Below, piece by piece: positions 8,366 through 18,725 of a stretch of DNA of 64,000 nt (positions within the stretch are counted from its first letter, which is position 1; each line of letters opens with the position of its first letter). A program made the position numbers and the translations under genes. Under the pieces are notes generated by a model. That model did not search any database. It had not been told where the DNA came from and saw nothing but the letters and a program-made list of their open reading frames with translations. Source of the DNA: Candidatus Latescibacterota bacterium (GTDB lineage: Bacteria > Latescibacterota > UBA2968 > GCA-2709665); contig CBDCOX010000002.1 in assembly GCA_965219995.1 (NCBI GenBank), positions 3,328,001-3,392,000 on the forward strand, given 5' to 3'.

Positions 8366-10936
8366 TCACTCATACCGCAACGCGTCGACGGGATTCGCGC
8401 GGGCAGCGCGCGCGACCTGAAGGCTGACCGCCAGGAGTACGACGAGAAGCGTGAGCAGGCCTCCCAGCAGAAAGGTCCCGATCCCCGGATCCACACGATA
8501 CGCGAAATTCTGCAACCAGCGCTCCGTCGCGTAGTACGTTGCAGGCCATGAGATCAGCGCGGCGATTCCGACCATGATCACATATTCCCGGGTCAGCAGG
8601 TAGATGATACGGGTCGTTGGCGCACCCACGACTTTCCGGATTCCGATTTCCTTGGTCCGCCTGGCGACGGTGAGTGATATCAGCCCGAACGCGCCCAGGC
8701 AGGCGATGAATACCGCAAAGAACGTCGCATAACCCGCGATTCTGAACCAACGGCTTTCCTCACGGTATTGACGGTCTATTTCCTCATCCAGGAAATTATG
8801 GTCAAACGGAACACCCGGTACAATTTCGTCCCATTTCTCTCTCAGGAATTCCAGTGTGTCAAAGACGTTCTCCGGGCGAATCCGAATCATCAATAGGACC
8901 CGGAAGTCCGGCAGGGACCTGGCGGTCGACGAGGTCGCCTGCAATTGCAGCACCGCGGGTCCAATGGCGTGGTGAAGAGACCGGAAATGAAAATCCCTGA
9001 CGACGCCGATAACCTGCATGTCCTTCCTGCCGATTCGAATCATCTCGCCTAGAGCCGAGTCCCTTCCAAGTGCCCTGGCGAGCGTTTCATTGACGATGAC
9101 CGAGGTCTCCGCGTCGCTGTCCCTTTCGAAATTCCGGCCGTCCAGTAGCCTTATATCCATTGTTTCCAGGAAGCGTGTATCACAAGACATACTCTCAACC
9201 CCTTCCAACGTCGTCCCCTCCCAACTGATGTTGAAGCTACTCCGCATCAGACTGCTGAATCCGTGTCCTGTTCTCGTCGTATTCAAAACGGAATGGTATG
9301 GCCGGACGGCCTCCTCAAAGGCCTTGGCCAGCTTCATTCTTTCCGTTATCCCAAATAGACGAATTACGACGACATGGCTGGGCTCGAATCCAAGCGGTTT
9401 CGATTTCAGTATGTCCATTTGTATTGAAGCTATGGTCATGCATGTCACCAGTGACGTGGAGATGGCCAGTTGGAATGCCACGAGCGACCGGCTGAAGGTC
9501 CCCATGCGATCCGCCTTGAATCGCCCCTTCAACGCATCGACCGGGATGAATCCCGACATGAAGAGTGCCGGGTAACCCCCGGCGATAACCCCGACGACCA
9601 GCGCCATGACGAGTAGATACGGAAGTGAGTTGGAATCCGCCAGATCGGAAAGGGAGAATTTCCTGCTGACCAGGCTATTGAAGCCCGGTAGGAGCACTTC
9701 AGCAAGCGCGAGCCCGAGCCCAAACGCGACCAGGGTCAGCAGGATCGACTCCGCGAGAAACTGCCTCACCAGTTGGGTTCGCAGTCCCCCGGCAACCTTC
9801 CGCATTCCAACTTCCCGCGCACGGGAGAACGACCGGCCGACCGAAAGGTTCGTATAGTTGACTGCGGCCACGACCAGCACGAGTATTGCAATGCCCGCCA
9901 GGATAAACGAATGGCCGGGAGTCCCTGAACGACCGGTGAGGCGGCCGAATCCGACGTCGGTGCCGACGATGTTGGAATTAAAGTAGATGTCTCTCAAAGC
10001 AAGCAGTTTCAGCTTCTCCGGCTGTCGGTTCCTCGGCCACGGTATAGAAAGACCGCCAAGCCGGCGCTCCATTTCGAGGCGACTCAGATTTTCCGGCAGC
10101 AGGACATAAGTGTTCACGGTGTTCCAATCCCGTTTCTGAACCGCTGGGTTCAGTGCTGAGAGAAGGTCAAAGCGAAGGGTGGAATTTTTGGGAATGTCCC
10201 CGATCACACCGGTCACCGTCAATTCCTGAGTCGGACGTTTATCCGGCACTTCCGGCCTGGTGTAAGATGATGTTGGGTTTATTGAGAAGGATAAAATTCT
10301 TGCCCCGGATACTTCGCCGGGATGATCCGAGCGCGCCGGGGCTGGCGTTGCGCCGGCAGGACCTTCTTTTTGTCCAGTCCGTTGCTTGTCACCTTCATCT
10401 GATCCTCCGCCCCCGAAATTCAATACGATCGGCTCGACATCCTGAACGGAAATCGACTTCCCGATCGGGTCCTGCCCTGAGAAATATCTCGCAGCCATGG
10501 ATTCGGTAATCACCACGTAGTTCGGAGCCACCAGAGCGGTGGCAGCGTCTCCCTTGATCAGAGGAAAGGAGAAGACGTCCAGAATTGATGGATCTGCCTG
10601 AAGGATGTTTACCTTCGTCGTCTGGCCTCGATCGTGAACAATGCGCATCCCGGAATGTATCCTCACGGAACGGACGTCCGGCAGCGTTTCCGACAACGCA
10701 GGCCCCAATTCCGTTGGTGTATTTTCTGAAGTGATGCGGCTCCCAAATTCTGCGTAGACCCTGTAAATCCGTTCGGCGTTTTCATGAAACCCGTCGTAGG
10801 TCCATTCGTATCGCACAAACAGGTAGGCAAGGAGGCAAAACGCAATCGCGATGCCCAGCCCCACCACGTTGATGGCGGCGTACAGCCGGTGCCGCAGCAG
10901 ATTGCGATACGCGACCTTGAGATAATTCCAGAACAT
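8366..10936 (-). CDS. ABC transporter permease, duplicated FtsX/MacB-PCD type
   Basis: MFWNYLKVAYRNL, RAREVGMRKVAG, RTKEIGIRKVVGA, ANPVDALRYE; AAGGAG RBS. Confidence 0.95.
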   Translation of the reverse strand: MFWNYLKVAYRNLLRHRLYAAINVVGLGIAIAFCLLAYLFVRYEWTYDGFHENAERIYRVYAEFGSRITSENTPTELGPALSETLPDVRSVRIHSGMRIVHDRGQTTKVNILQADPSILDVFSFPLIKGDAATALVAPNYVVITESMAARYFSGQDPIGKSISVQDVEPIVLNFGGGGSDEGDKQRTGQKEGPAGATPAPARSDHPGEVSGARILSFSINPTSSYTRPEVPDKRPTQELTVTGVIGDIPKNSTLRFDLLSALNPAVQKRDWNTVNTYVLLPENLSRLEMERRLGGLSIPWPRNRQPEKLKLLALRDIYFNSNIVGTDVGFGRLTGRSGTPGHSFILAGIAILVLVVAAVNYTNLSVGRSFSRAREVGMRKVAGGLRTQLVRQFLAESILLTLVAFGLGLALAEVLLPGFNSLVSRKFSLSDLADSNSLPYLLVMALVVGVIAGGYPALFMSGFIPVDALKGRFKADRMGTFSRSLVAFQLAISTSLVTCMTIASIQMDILKSKPLGFEPSHVVVIRLFGITERMKLAKAFEEAVRPYHSVLNTTRTGHGFSSLMRSSFNISWEGTTLEGVESMSCDTRFLETMDIRLLDGRNFERDSDAETSVIVNETLARALGRDSALGEMIRIGRKDMQVIGVVRDFHFRSLHHAIGPAVLQLQATSSTARSLPDFRVLLMIRIRPENVFDTLEFLREKWDEIVPGVPFDHNFLDEEIDRQYREESRWFRIAGYATFFAVFIACLGAFGLISLTVARRTKEIGIRKVVGAPTTRIIYLLTREYVIMVGIAALISWPATYYATERWLQNFAYRVDPGIGTFLLGGLLTLLVVLLAVSLQVARAARANPVDALRYE

Positions 10937-10984
10937 CGACTGACTCCTTCGTGGAAAGTACCATCCACTTCAATTCGGCGCGGC

Positions 10985-12060
10985 TCCGCTCAGAATCACA
11001 ACTTGGGCGATGAACATCCGCGAATCGTATCCGTCATACCTTCGCCCAAACTGTCATCCTGAGGAGGCTGCCCTGCCTGCCAGAGATTCATCGGCAGGCA
11101 GGCCGACGAAGGATCTACTGCAGCATCGGATGATGCCCAAGCTTCTTGCACTTAGTGCGACCTGGCAGGCGGCACGTTTGCGCCTACACGGTCAGGCGGA
11201 GCAAGCGCGAGTGTTGCAGTGATTCCGGGTTACGGGCATTTCGACAAGCTTACTTCGGCAAGCTCAGCACAGGCAATGACCACGTTTTGGTTGGCGTTCT
11301 TGGACATTGCTCAGAATGACATGTTTTGCAATAGCCTTTGGCGAAATGTCCCGGTCATACCTTTTTCCGACCGTCAACGTGAAGAAACCGCAGTGAGGGT
11401 GGGGCGGACATTCCTGTCTGCCTGCCTCGCGTCGTACGGGCTGCCTAAACGCGGGCATTTCGACAAGCCGTTTCGACAGGCTCAACGCAAGCAATGACCA
11501 CGCGTTCGTAGGCAATCTTGGATTTCACTCAGAATAACAGGCCGGCCGCTCGCCAAACATGTCATTCTGAGGAAGCCGCTATGCCTGACAGCGGTTCACC
11601 GGCAGGCTGGCTGACGAAGGATCTACTGCGGCATCGCTTGATACTCAAGCATGTTCTGTCATTCGACGTGACCTGGCAGGCGGCACGTTTGCGCCTACGC
11701 GGTCTTGCTGTGGCGGCGCCAGAGAAGCCAGGCCTCCGCGCATATGGGCCGGTGTACGGGTCCGCTGAACGTCAAGCCGAGAAGACGGGAGATTCTTCGC
11801 TCCGCTCAGAATGACATGTTTTGCAATTGCTAAATGCGAAATGTTTCGGTCATACGTTTGCCAGTTCCGTCATCCGCTCGGCCTGTGCCGCTCCCTGAAT
11901 TTGCGGTTCCTGAGCCGTTCCCTGAGCATGCGTTGCCCTGAGCTTGTCGAAGGGTCGAAGGGCCGGCGAAGGGCTGCCTGAATGCGGGCATTTCGACATT
12001 TCGACAAGCTCAATGCAGGCATGCTTACTTCGGCAAGCTCAGCACAGGCAATGACCACGC
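10985..12060. repeat. Mosaic of REP-like modules (TGTCAT(C/T)CTGAG...CTCAGAATGACA; TTCGACAAGCTC)
   Basis: Modules match 5037-5172, 7664-8325 and 4910-4998; no credible ORF. Confidence 0.85.
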
Positions 12061-12129
12061 ATAGATACGTTCTATTGAACTCAGTTGGCCGCGAATGGGA
12101 TTCTCTTCAATACCCTGCGCCATACCCTG

Positions 12130-12145
12130 AGCAACGGGCGTGCCA
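12130..12145 (-). promoter_or_regulatory. sigma54 (-24/-12) promoter facing the ABC permease genes
   Basis: Minus strand reads TGGCACGCCCGTTGCT, matching the consensus TGGCACG-N4-TTGCW. Confidence 0.8.
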
Positions 12146-12208
12146 TGTGTTTTCGGCTCGATTTTACAGGTACTTAGCGATGCGACGGCGAAATACCCCG
12201 CCCGGAAG

Positions 12209-12245
12209 TGTTCGAAAATGATACAGCAGTGTCCGAAAACGCACA
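12209..12245. promoter_or_regulatory. Candidate tandem enhancer (bEBP) binding sites
   Basis: TGTTCGAAAATGATACA and TGTCCGAAAACGCACA (TGT-N11/N10-ACA) with starts 21 bp apart, between two sigma54 motifs. Confidence 0.55.
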
Positions 12246-12333
12246 TGCACGAGGGGCCGGTCTCCGTACCGCTTGACAGGATAAGTCTCTGTGATCATTA
12301 TGGTTGTGCGTAATTTCGGCTCAAGAGGCATAT

Positions 12334-12348
12334 TGGCACGAAAAATGC
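12334..12348 (+). promoter_or_regulatory. sigma54-like promoter upstream of the response regulator
   Basis: TGGCACGAAAAATGC, GG-N10-GC spacing. Confidence 0.55.
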
Positions 12349-12459
12349 GCATCTTGTCAGGCAATGAAACATCTCCGACATGTTCGGCTGCCGATCCCTT
12401 TTCGTCTCCGGGACACGGGTAGCGCCCGCCGATTCATGCTCGAACGCTCCGAGGCTCCG

Positions 12460-13836
12460 ATGAAATCATCCGACAAAATCCTCATCGTCGACGACGACCA
12501 CGACGTGCTGCTGGCCGCGCAACTCTATCTCAAGCAGCACGCCGGGCGGGTGGATACGGAAGCCGATCCCAACCGCATTCCCGAACTGCTGCAGAATGAT
12601 TCCTACGACGTGATCCTGCTGGATATGAACTTCGCGCAGGACGCCACGTCGGGCAGAGAAGGGTTCCACTGGCTGAGGCGGATTCTGGAGATGGATCCGT
12701 CCGCGGTGGTGGTGCTCATCACGGCGTTCGGCGACGTCAAGACCGCCGTTCAGGCCATCAGGGAGGGCGCTACGGACTTTGTCCTCAAACCATGGCAGAA
12801 TGAAAAACTCCTGGCCACACTGTCCGCGGCAGCCCGGCTCCGCCAATCGCGCCTCGACGTCGCCCGGCTCCGCTCACGGCAGAAGCAGCTCCATGCCGAC
12901 CTTGACCGGCAGTTTCCCGGCATCGTGGCCGTCTCTCCGGTCATGCGCGAGGTCTTCGAGACCATACGGAAGGTCGCCGCAACCGACGCCAACGTCCTCA
13001 TTCTGGGCGACAACGGAACGGGAAAGGATGCGGTGGCGCGCGCCATTCACCGAAATTCCAGCCGCGCGGACCAGGTCTTCATCCACGTCGACCTCGGCGC
13101 CGTCCCCGAGACCCTTTTCGAAAGCGAGCTTTTCGGGCACAAAAAAGGCGCCTTTACAGACGCCAGGGAGGACCGTGCGGGGCGGTTTGAAACGGCGTCG
13201 GACGGGACGCTCTTCCTGGACGAAATCGGCAACCTCTCGCTGACGCTTCAGGCGAAGCTGCTCACCGTACTCGAAAAGCGCACGGTGTTCCGGCTGGGCA
13301 CCAACAAGCCCGTCCCCATCGATATCCGGCTCGTGTGCGCCACGAATACCCCCATCCACGAACTTGCTGCCCGGAACGACTTCCGCCAGGACCTGCTCTA
13401 CCGCGTCAACACCGTTGAAATCAGCCTGCCGCCGCTCCGGGACCGCCGCGAAGACCTCCCGCTCCTCGTCGGCAGCTTCCTGGACAGGTATTGCAGGAAA
13501 TACAAGAAGCCCCGTATCGGCCTGCATCCCCGCACCCTGGAAAAACTCAAAGGATACGCCTGGCCCGGAAACGTCCGCGAACTCCAGCACGCCATCGAAC
13601 GCGCGGTCATCATGAACGAAAACGGCACGCTGCAACCGGCGGATTTTCCGCTCAGCACGTCGGAAGGCGCCGCGGGCGACCACATTCACTGCGAAGACTT
13701 CAATCTCGAACGCATCGAGAAAACCGCCATCCGCAAAGCCATCGAGAAGCACGAGGGCAACATCAGCCACACGGCCCGGGAACTTGGCATCACGCGCAGC
13801 GCCCTTTACCGAAGGCTGGAAAAATATGGTCTATAG
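12460..13836 (+). CDS. sigma54-dependent response regulator (NtrC/ZraR family)
   Basis: Receiver ILIVDDD..LLDMNF; AAA+ GDNGTGKD, ESELFGHKKGAFTDA, WPGNVREL; Fis-type HTH; start re-set to ATG 12460. Confidence 0.95.
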   Translation: MKSSDKILIVDDDHDVLLAAQLYLKQHAGRVDTEADPNRIPELLQNDSYDVILLDMNFAQDATSGREGFHWLRRILEMDPSAVVVLITAFGDVKTAVQAIREGATDFVLKPWQNEKLLATLSAAARLRQSRLDVARLRSRQKQLHADLDRQFPGIVAVSPVMREVFETIRKVAATDANVLILGDNGTGKDAVARAIHRNSSRADQVFIHVDLGAVPETLFESELFGHKKGAFTDAREDRAGRFETASDGTLFLDEIGNLSLTLQAKLLTVLEKRTVFRLGTNKPVPIDIRLVCATNTPIHELAARNDFRQDLLYRVNTVEISLPPLRDRREDLPLLVGSFLDRYCRKYKKPRIGLHPRTLEKLKGYAWPGNVRELQHAIERAVIMNENGTLQPADFPLSTSEGAAGDHIHCEDFNLERIEKTAIRKAIEKHEGNISHTARELGITRSALYRRLEKYGL

Positions 13837-15169
13837 ACACTTTCGGACGCTGTGCATCGTGCGTGTGGCGTTCCTGTGCGCCAACATCTGCGCCCTCGTG
13901 TTCGTGCTCTTTCAGACGTCCTACTACACCACCGTCTTCATTCTGGCCGGCATTGCACTCTACCAGGCCTGGGCCCTCATCCACTTCGTGGAGCGCACCA
14001 ACCGGGACCTCACCCGCTTTCTGCAGGCCATCCGGTACGAAGACTTCTCCCAATCTTTCAGCGGCAGGGGACTCGGGTCCGCATTCGACGACCTGAAAGA
14101 GGCGTTCAACGAGGTGCTGAACGCCTTTCGGAAGACACGCGCGGAAAAAGAGGAGAACTTTCAATACCTGCAGACGGTGGTCCAGCACGTGGGCGTGGGC
14201 CTGGTGTGTTACGACGCCGACGGCCGCATCGAGCTCATGAACACCGCCGCCCAGCGCCTGCTTCGCAGACCCCACGTCCACAACGTGCGCGAGCTGCGGT
14301 CGGTGAGCGAGTCCCTTGCCGACACCCTTCTCGCCCTGCGGCCGGGCGACAGGACCCTGGTCAAAGTCCAGGACGACGATGAACTCCTTCAGATTGTCAT
14401 CCACGCCACCGAAATCAGAATGCGCGGCGAGTCGTTCATCCTCGCCTCCGTGCAGGACATACAGAGCGAACTCGAAGAACAGGAAATGGAAGCGTGGCAG
14501 AAGCTTATCCGCGTGCTCATCCACGAAATCATGAACTCCATCACCCCCATATCCTCTCTGGCCTCCACCGTACGCGGTCATTTTCCCGAATCGGACCGCC
14601 CTCAGTCGCTCGATCCCCACATCGTAACCGACGTACACGCGGCGCTGGAGACCATTCAGTCGCGGAGCGAGGGCCTGCAACAGTTCGTCGACACCTACCG
14701 CCAACTCACACGGATCCCCCGGCCCGACTTTCAGATCTGCCCGGTCGGCGAACTCTTCGCCCGCGTTGTAAACCTGATGCAACCGGAATGTGAAAAGGAG
14801 CGCATCGGACTCCGCACACGGGTCGAACCCGAGTCCCTGGAAGTTACGGCCGACCCCCACCTCGTAGAGCAGGTCCTCATTAATCTGGTGCGGAACGCGC
14901 TCCAGGCCCTCGCCGGACGCGATCAGGCCCGCGTCGAACTCGCCGCGGGCCTGGACCGAAGAGGCCGCGTCCTCATCCGCGTGAGGGACAATGGACCCGG
15001 CATCCTCGAAGACGTGCAGGAACGTATCTTTATCCCGTTCTTCACCACCAGACAGGAGGGTTCAGGCATCGGGCTGTCGCTCTGCCGGCAGATCATGCGC
15101 CAGCATCGCGGCGCCATCAGCGTTCAGTCTACGCCCGGCAGTGAAACTGTATTCACCCTCCGGTTCTGA
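13826..15169 (+). CDS. Sensor histidine kinase (NtrY-like, PAS + HisKA + HATPase)
   Basis: HEIMNSITPI H-box, QVLINLVRNA N-box, DNGPGI, FIPFFTT, GSGIGL; overlaps the regulator stop. Confidence 0.95.
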   Translation: MVYRHFRTLCIVRVAFLCANICALVFVLFQTSYYTTVFILAGIALYQAWALIHFVERTNRDLTRFLQAIRYEDFSQSFSGRGLGSAFDDLKEAFNEVLNAFRKTRAEKEENFQYLQTVVQHVGVGLVCYDADGRIELMNTAAQRLLRRPHVHNVRELRSVSESLADTLLALRPGDRTLVKVQDDDELLQIVIHATEIRMRGESFILASVQDIQSELEEQEMEAWQKLIRVLIHEIMNSITPISSLASTVRGHFPESDRPQSLDPHIVTDVHAALETIQSRSEGLQQFVDTYRQLTRIPRPDFQICPVGELFARVVNLMQPECEKERIGLRTRVEPESLEVTADPHLVEQVLINLVRNALQALAGRDQARVELAAGLDRRGRVLIRVRDNGPGILEDVQERIFIPFFTTRQEGSGIGLSLCRQIMRQHRGAISVQSTPGSETVFTLRF

Positions 15170-15185
15170 TCCGCTGACACCGCTC

Positions 15186-16724
15186 CTATCCCCAATCCTC
15201 CAGGATGGCCTTCGCGGCGTTGTGCCCCGGCGCCCCGGTCACTTCGCCGCCGGGGTGAGTGCCCGCGCCGCACAAATAGAGATTCTCGATCGGCGTCGAA
15301 TAGTGCGACCATCCGGCGAGGGGGCGTTGCGCGAGGAACTGGTCCGGCACGATATCCAGATGCCGTATGTTTCCGTCTGTGAGGCCCACCCGTTCCTCCA
15401 GGTCATGCGGTGTGAACAGCGACCAGTCCACCAGAATGTCCCGCAGGTTCGGCGCGTAGATCGACAGCGTATCGATAAGGCGCTCGCCCACCTCTTCGCG
15501 TCGCTCATCCCACGTGCCGTCGCGCGGGCGAACCGGAGCATAGAGGGCCCAGACGGACATCACGTGGTGGCCGTCCGGCGCCATCGTGTCGTCGTAAACG
15601 GATGGGATCTGTACTTCGATCACCGGCTCCCGGGCGGGGTCTCCGCGGCGCGCGTCGTCCCATGCGCGAGCAAAATAATCGATGGACGGGCAGATCTTGA
15701 TCTCCGCAACCCAGCGGGGATCGTAGCCTGATTCGCCCCTCGCGAAATCCGGCAGGCCGGAAAGCGCGGCGTGGAACTTCAGGTAAGCCGTCCCGGTCTT
15801 CATGCGATTCGCCCTCGCAAGGAATCGCGCATCCAGCGCACCCGGCGGCAGCAGCTTCAGGAACGTGCGCTTCGGGTCCGCGTTCGAGACCACGATCCGG
15901 CTGCGGATTTCCGTGCCGTCGGCAAGCGCCGCGCCGCACGCGCCTCCATTCGACAACAGGATCCGCTCGACTTCCGCGCCCGTCTGCAAGACCGCCCCTC
16001 TCGCCCTCGCGGCCCTCGCAAGGGCGTTGGCAATGCCGCCCATCCCGCCCTTGACGATCCCCACGTTCTCCGGCCGTCCGAAAACGCCGCATTTGATGTA
16101 CGTGTAAACCCATGCGCTGCCCGGCGCCGCGGGATCGCCCACGTCCTGCGCCTGGATGAACGCGCCGCGGGCCTGGTCGGACTCGAAGAAACCGGTCACG
16201 AGGTCAGTCATGCTGGTCGTGAGCAGGCGGTCCAGAAGCGCTTCGTCGTCCGTACCGCGCACGCGCGCGGCGATCTCGCTGATTGTAGGCGGCGGCGTCA
16301 GGAAATACGGATAGATGATGCCCGCCGCCCGTTCCCAGAACGAGAGCCACTCGGGATAGGCTTCCGCGTCCTTCTGCGAGAATCGCGCGAGTTCCGCCTG
16401 GCTGCGTTCCAGGTCGTCCCAGAGGCGGAGGGCGGAGCCGTCCGGGAAGGGCTGGAACCGGGAGGGATCGAGGTGATACACGTCGAACCCTTGCTCCCGC
16501 AGGCCCAGTTCGTCGATCACCCGGTCCTGCAACAGGTGGCAGATGTACGAACAGGACGAAAACCGGTACCCCGGAAAGAGTTCCTCGGTCGCACAGGCGC
16601 CGCCCAGGATGTCCCTGCGTTCCAGCAGGAGAACATCCATCCCGGCATCCGCCAGATAGGCCGCCGCAACCAGCCCGTTGTGCCCGCCGCCCAGGATCAG
16701 CGCATCGCAATCAACCGTGGCCAT
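15186..16724 (-). CDS. Phytoene dehydrogenase-like NAD(P)/FAD oxidoreductase
   Basis: GGGHNGLVAAAYLA, GGACATEE, LYLCGAGTHPGGEVTGAPGHNAA. Confidence 0.9.
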   Translation of the reverse strand: MATVDCDALILGGGHNGLVAAAYLADAGMDVLLLERRDILGGACATEELFPGYRFSSCSYICHLLQDRVIDELGLREQGFDVYHLDPSRFQPFPDGSALRLWDDLERSQAELARFSQKDAEAYPEWLSFWERAAGIIYPYFLTPPPTISEIAARVRGTDDEALLDRLLTTSMTDLVTGFFESDQARGAFIQAQDVGDPAAPGSAWVYTYIKCGVFGRPENVGIVKGGMGGIANALARAARARGAVLQTGAEVERILLSNGGACGAALADGTEIRSRIVVSNADPKRTFLKLLPPGALDARFLARANRMKTGTAYLKFHAALSGLPDFARGESGYDPRWVAEIKICPSIDYFARAWDDARRGDPAREPVIEVQIPSVYDDTMAPDGHHVMSVWALYAPVRPRDGTWDERREEVGERLIDTLSIYAPNLRDILVDWSLFTPHDLEERVGLTDGNIRHLDIVPDQFLAQRPLAGWSHYSTPIENLYLCGAGTHPGGEVTGAPGHNAAKAILEDWG

Positions 16725-16781
16725 ATTGAAGTCTCCATTATGAATGTGGCGCTATCCGCTTTCTGCTGCCTTTCTTTTCAA

Positions 16782-17102
16782 TTATCGAAGTCCCCAGCCA
16801 TTTTTCACCAGCCAGTCGCGGACCTCTTGCCGGCAATCTCCCTGCAACTCAATCGTGTCCCCCCGGAACGTCCCTCCCGTTCCGCACGCTTGCCGCAAGG
16901 CCCGCGCGAGATCCTTCAAATCTCCCTTCTGAAGCACCAGACCGCCAGCCAGCGTTACGACCTTGCCCCGCTTCCGTTTCTCCAGCGAAATTCGAATCCG
17001 CTGCTCTTCCGGCGCACGGGAAACCTGCACTTCCGTGTCAAATTCAGGCACGTCGTCGGAAACAAACGCCCATCCTTCCCCGGATGTTCGCCTAATCGCC
17101 AT
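16782..17102 (-). CDS. yciH: SUI1/eIF1-like translation initiation factor
   Basis: KRKRGKVVT, L..ACGTGGT, IELQGD; GGGGAG RBS before ATG 17102. Confidence 0.85.
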   Translation of the reverse strand: MAIRRTSGEGWAFVSDDVPEFDTEVQVSRAPEEQRIRISLEKRKRGKVVTLAGGLVLQKGDLKDLARALRQACGTGGTFRGDTIELQGDCRQEVRDWLVKNGWGLR

Positions 17103-17141
17103 ATTTCTCCCCCAACCTGAATCATTCACAACACCGTGAAC

Positions 17142-18338
17142 TTACAGCTTCCCGCCGCCGTCGCCATAATCGGGCACGGCCGTCAGCGCGCCGCCGTTCA
17201 TCGCGGACTGGTGCGCGATCAGGCCCGGCACCAGGTACCGCGCCGCCTGCCAAACGCTGTTCGACGGCGTCTCGCCCGTCACACACGCCGTTACGAAATC
17301 GTGCACCAGAAACTGGTGGGCTCCCTTGTGCCCGTTGCCCAGGCCGATAAACTCCCTGGGCAGCAGGTGCACCGGATGTACCCGCGACACTCCCTGGTGC
17401 GTGCCGTCGTCTCCCGTAACCGCGCCCATCGGGTCGTCGGCAGGGCCGGCCAACACGCCCTCGCAGGACAATTCCACGGAAAGATCCACGCAGGTTTTCC
17501 GGTCTTTGTTGATCCACACCTGGCCGCCCACCTGCTCCTCGTATCCCGCATCGGTCCCGTACAGACTCATCCCGACCGTGCCGGGATGTCCGATCCGGCG
17601 GAACTCGTTGAAGCGCGCCATGCTCCCGTCCGACATCCTGCACAACATGGTTTCATTACTGAACGGGTTCTTCCAGAAATTGTCGTCGCGCGCATACAGA
17701 TTGTCTTCGTGGCGATCGACGAAGCCCATGCCGCTCACGTGTGTGGCATGCGCCCCCGTGACCGACACGATCATACTTGTCGAATGCGTCGGATAAAACA
17801 TGGGGGGCGACCCGAAATACCGCTTCCACTCCTCACCGTGCCGCCACTGCGACACCGCATACAGTCCGTGAGAGTAATCGTGGTAATACTCCGCTTCCCC
17901 GTACACGATATGGCCGAAGTCTCCCTTCCGAAAGCGGTCGCGGCAGTAAATCGTACACGGGTAATAGTAGCTCGTCTCCCCGATCATATACGTCAACCCC
18001 GTCTCCTCCACGGCCTTGACGAGATCGGATATTTCCTCCAGGCTGACGGCTGACGGCACCGCGGAATACACGTGCTTGCCGCTGCGCAGCGCCTGAACCG
18101 CCTGCGGTCCGTGAAGATGATGCTGGGTGATGATCGCGATCGCGTCCACGTCGGATTCACAAAGCGCATCCAGCGACGGATAGGTTTCCGGCACGTCGAA
18201 GCGCGCCGATTTCTCGGCCAGCTTCTCCGCGTCCAGGTCGCACAATACCAGGTGGCCCACATCCGGGTGCGCTTTGAACAGCGGGATGAAGGAGTTTGCA
18301 AACGCCCCGGTGCCGCAAATCCCTAGACGGATACCCAT
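17142..18338 (-). CDS. Gfo/Idh/MocA family oxidoreductase
   Basis: Rossmann GICGTGAF, GKHVYSAVP, YGEAEYYH, YPTHS. Confidence 0.9.
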   Translation of the reverse strand: MGIRLGICGTGAFANSFIPLFKAHPDVGHLVLCDLDAEKLAEKSARFDVPETYPSLDALCESDVDAIAIITQHHLHGPQAVQALRSGKHVYSAVPSAVSLEEISDLVKAVEETGLTYMIGETSYYYPCTIYCRDRFRKGDFGHIVYGEAEYYHDYSHGLYAVSQWRHGEEWKRYFGSPPMFYPTHSTSMIVSVTGAHATHVSGMGFVDRHEDNLYARDDNFWKNPFSNETMLCRMSDGSMARFNEFRRIGHPGTVGMSLYGTDAGYEEQVGGQVWINKDRKTCVDLSVELSCEGVLAGPADDPMGAVTGDDGTHQGVSRVHPVHLLPREFIGLGNGHKGAHQFLVHDFVTACVTGETPSNSVWQAARYLVPGLIAHQSAMNGGALTAVPDYGDGGGKL

Positions 18339-18380
18339 TGCTACTCCGATTTAAAAAACCATCAGCGATTGGCTTTGAGT

Positions 18381-18541
18381 TAAAGAGGGTGAGAGGGAAG
18401 ACGGGAGACGGGAGATGACATCAGTGCCCTATGGTCTTTCTTTTCGTTACCATTTCGGCAAAAAAACAGGCACGGTTAGCGTGAAAACACTGTGGTAACG
18501 TTATCATCTACCGTCTACCCTCTACCGTCTCACCGCCTTTT
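18381..18541 (-). mobile_element. Heptamer-arm element, reverse copy of 675-837
   Basis: Core GATAACGTTACCAC.GTGTTTTCACGCTAACCGTGCCTG shared; inverted arms. Confidence 0.75.
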
Positions 18542-18725
18542 GCCGACCTATCCTCCAAGAAATACACGATAAGTGCAATGCGCAAGCCAGAAAACCTTTC
18601 GCCCGGTAAGCCGATCAGCCGAATCGATCGGCAATCCCGCAGCAAGTGCTTCGCTGTGGCGCACCTGTTGAATCTTGAATCCCCGATCCACATTTCGTAA
18701 ATTGCCCCTATCGAAAGGAGACACC

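Noticed and set aside
7744-8551. Duplicated short ORFs in the 319-bp repeats
   Set aside because: Products of the repeat sequence; no RBS, and frames are not kept in other copies
12304-12459. N-terminal extension of the response regulator (likewise tmk, hom, dnaN, larE, ctpA, rpmH)
   Set aside because: Longest-ORF artefacts; homology and RBS placement support downstream starts
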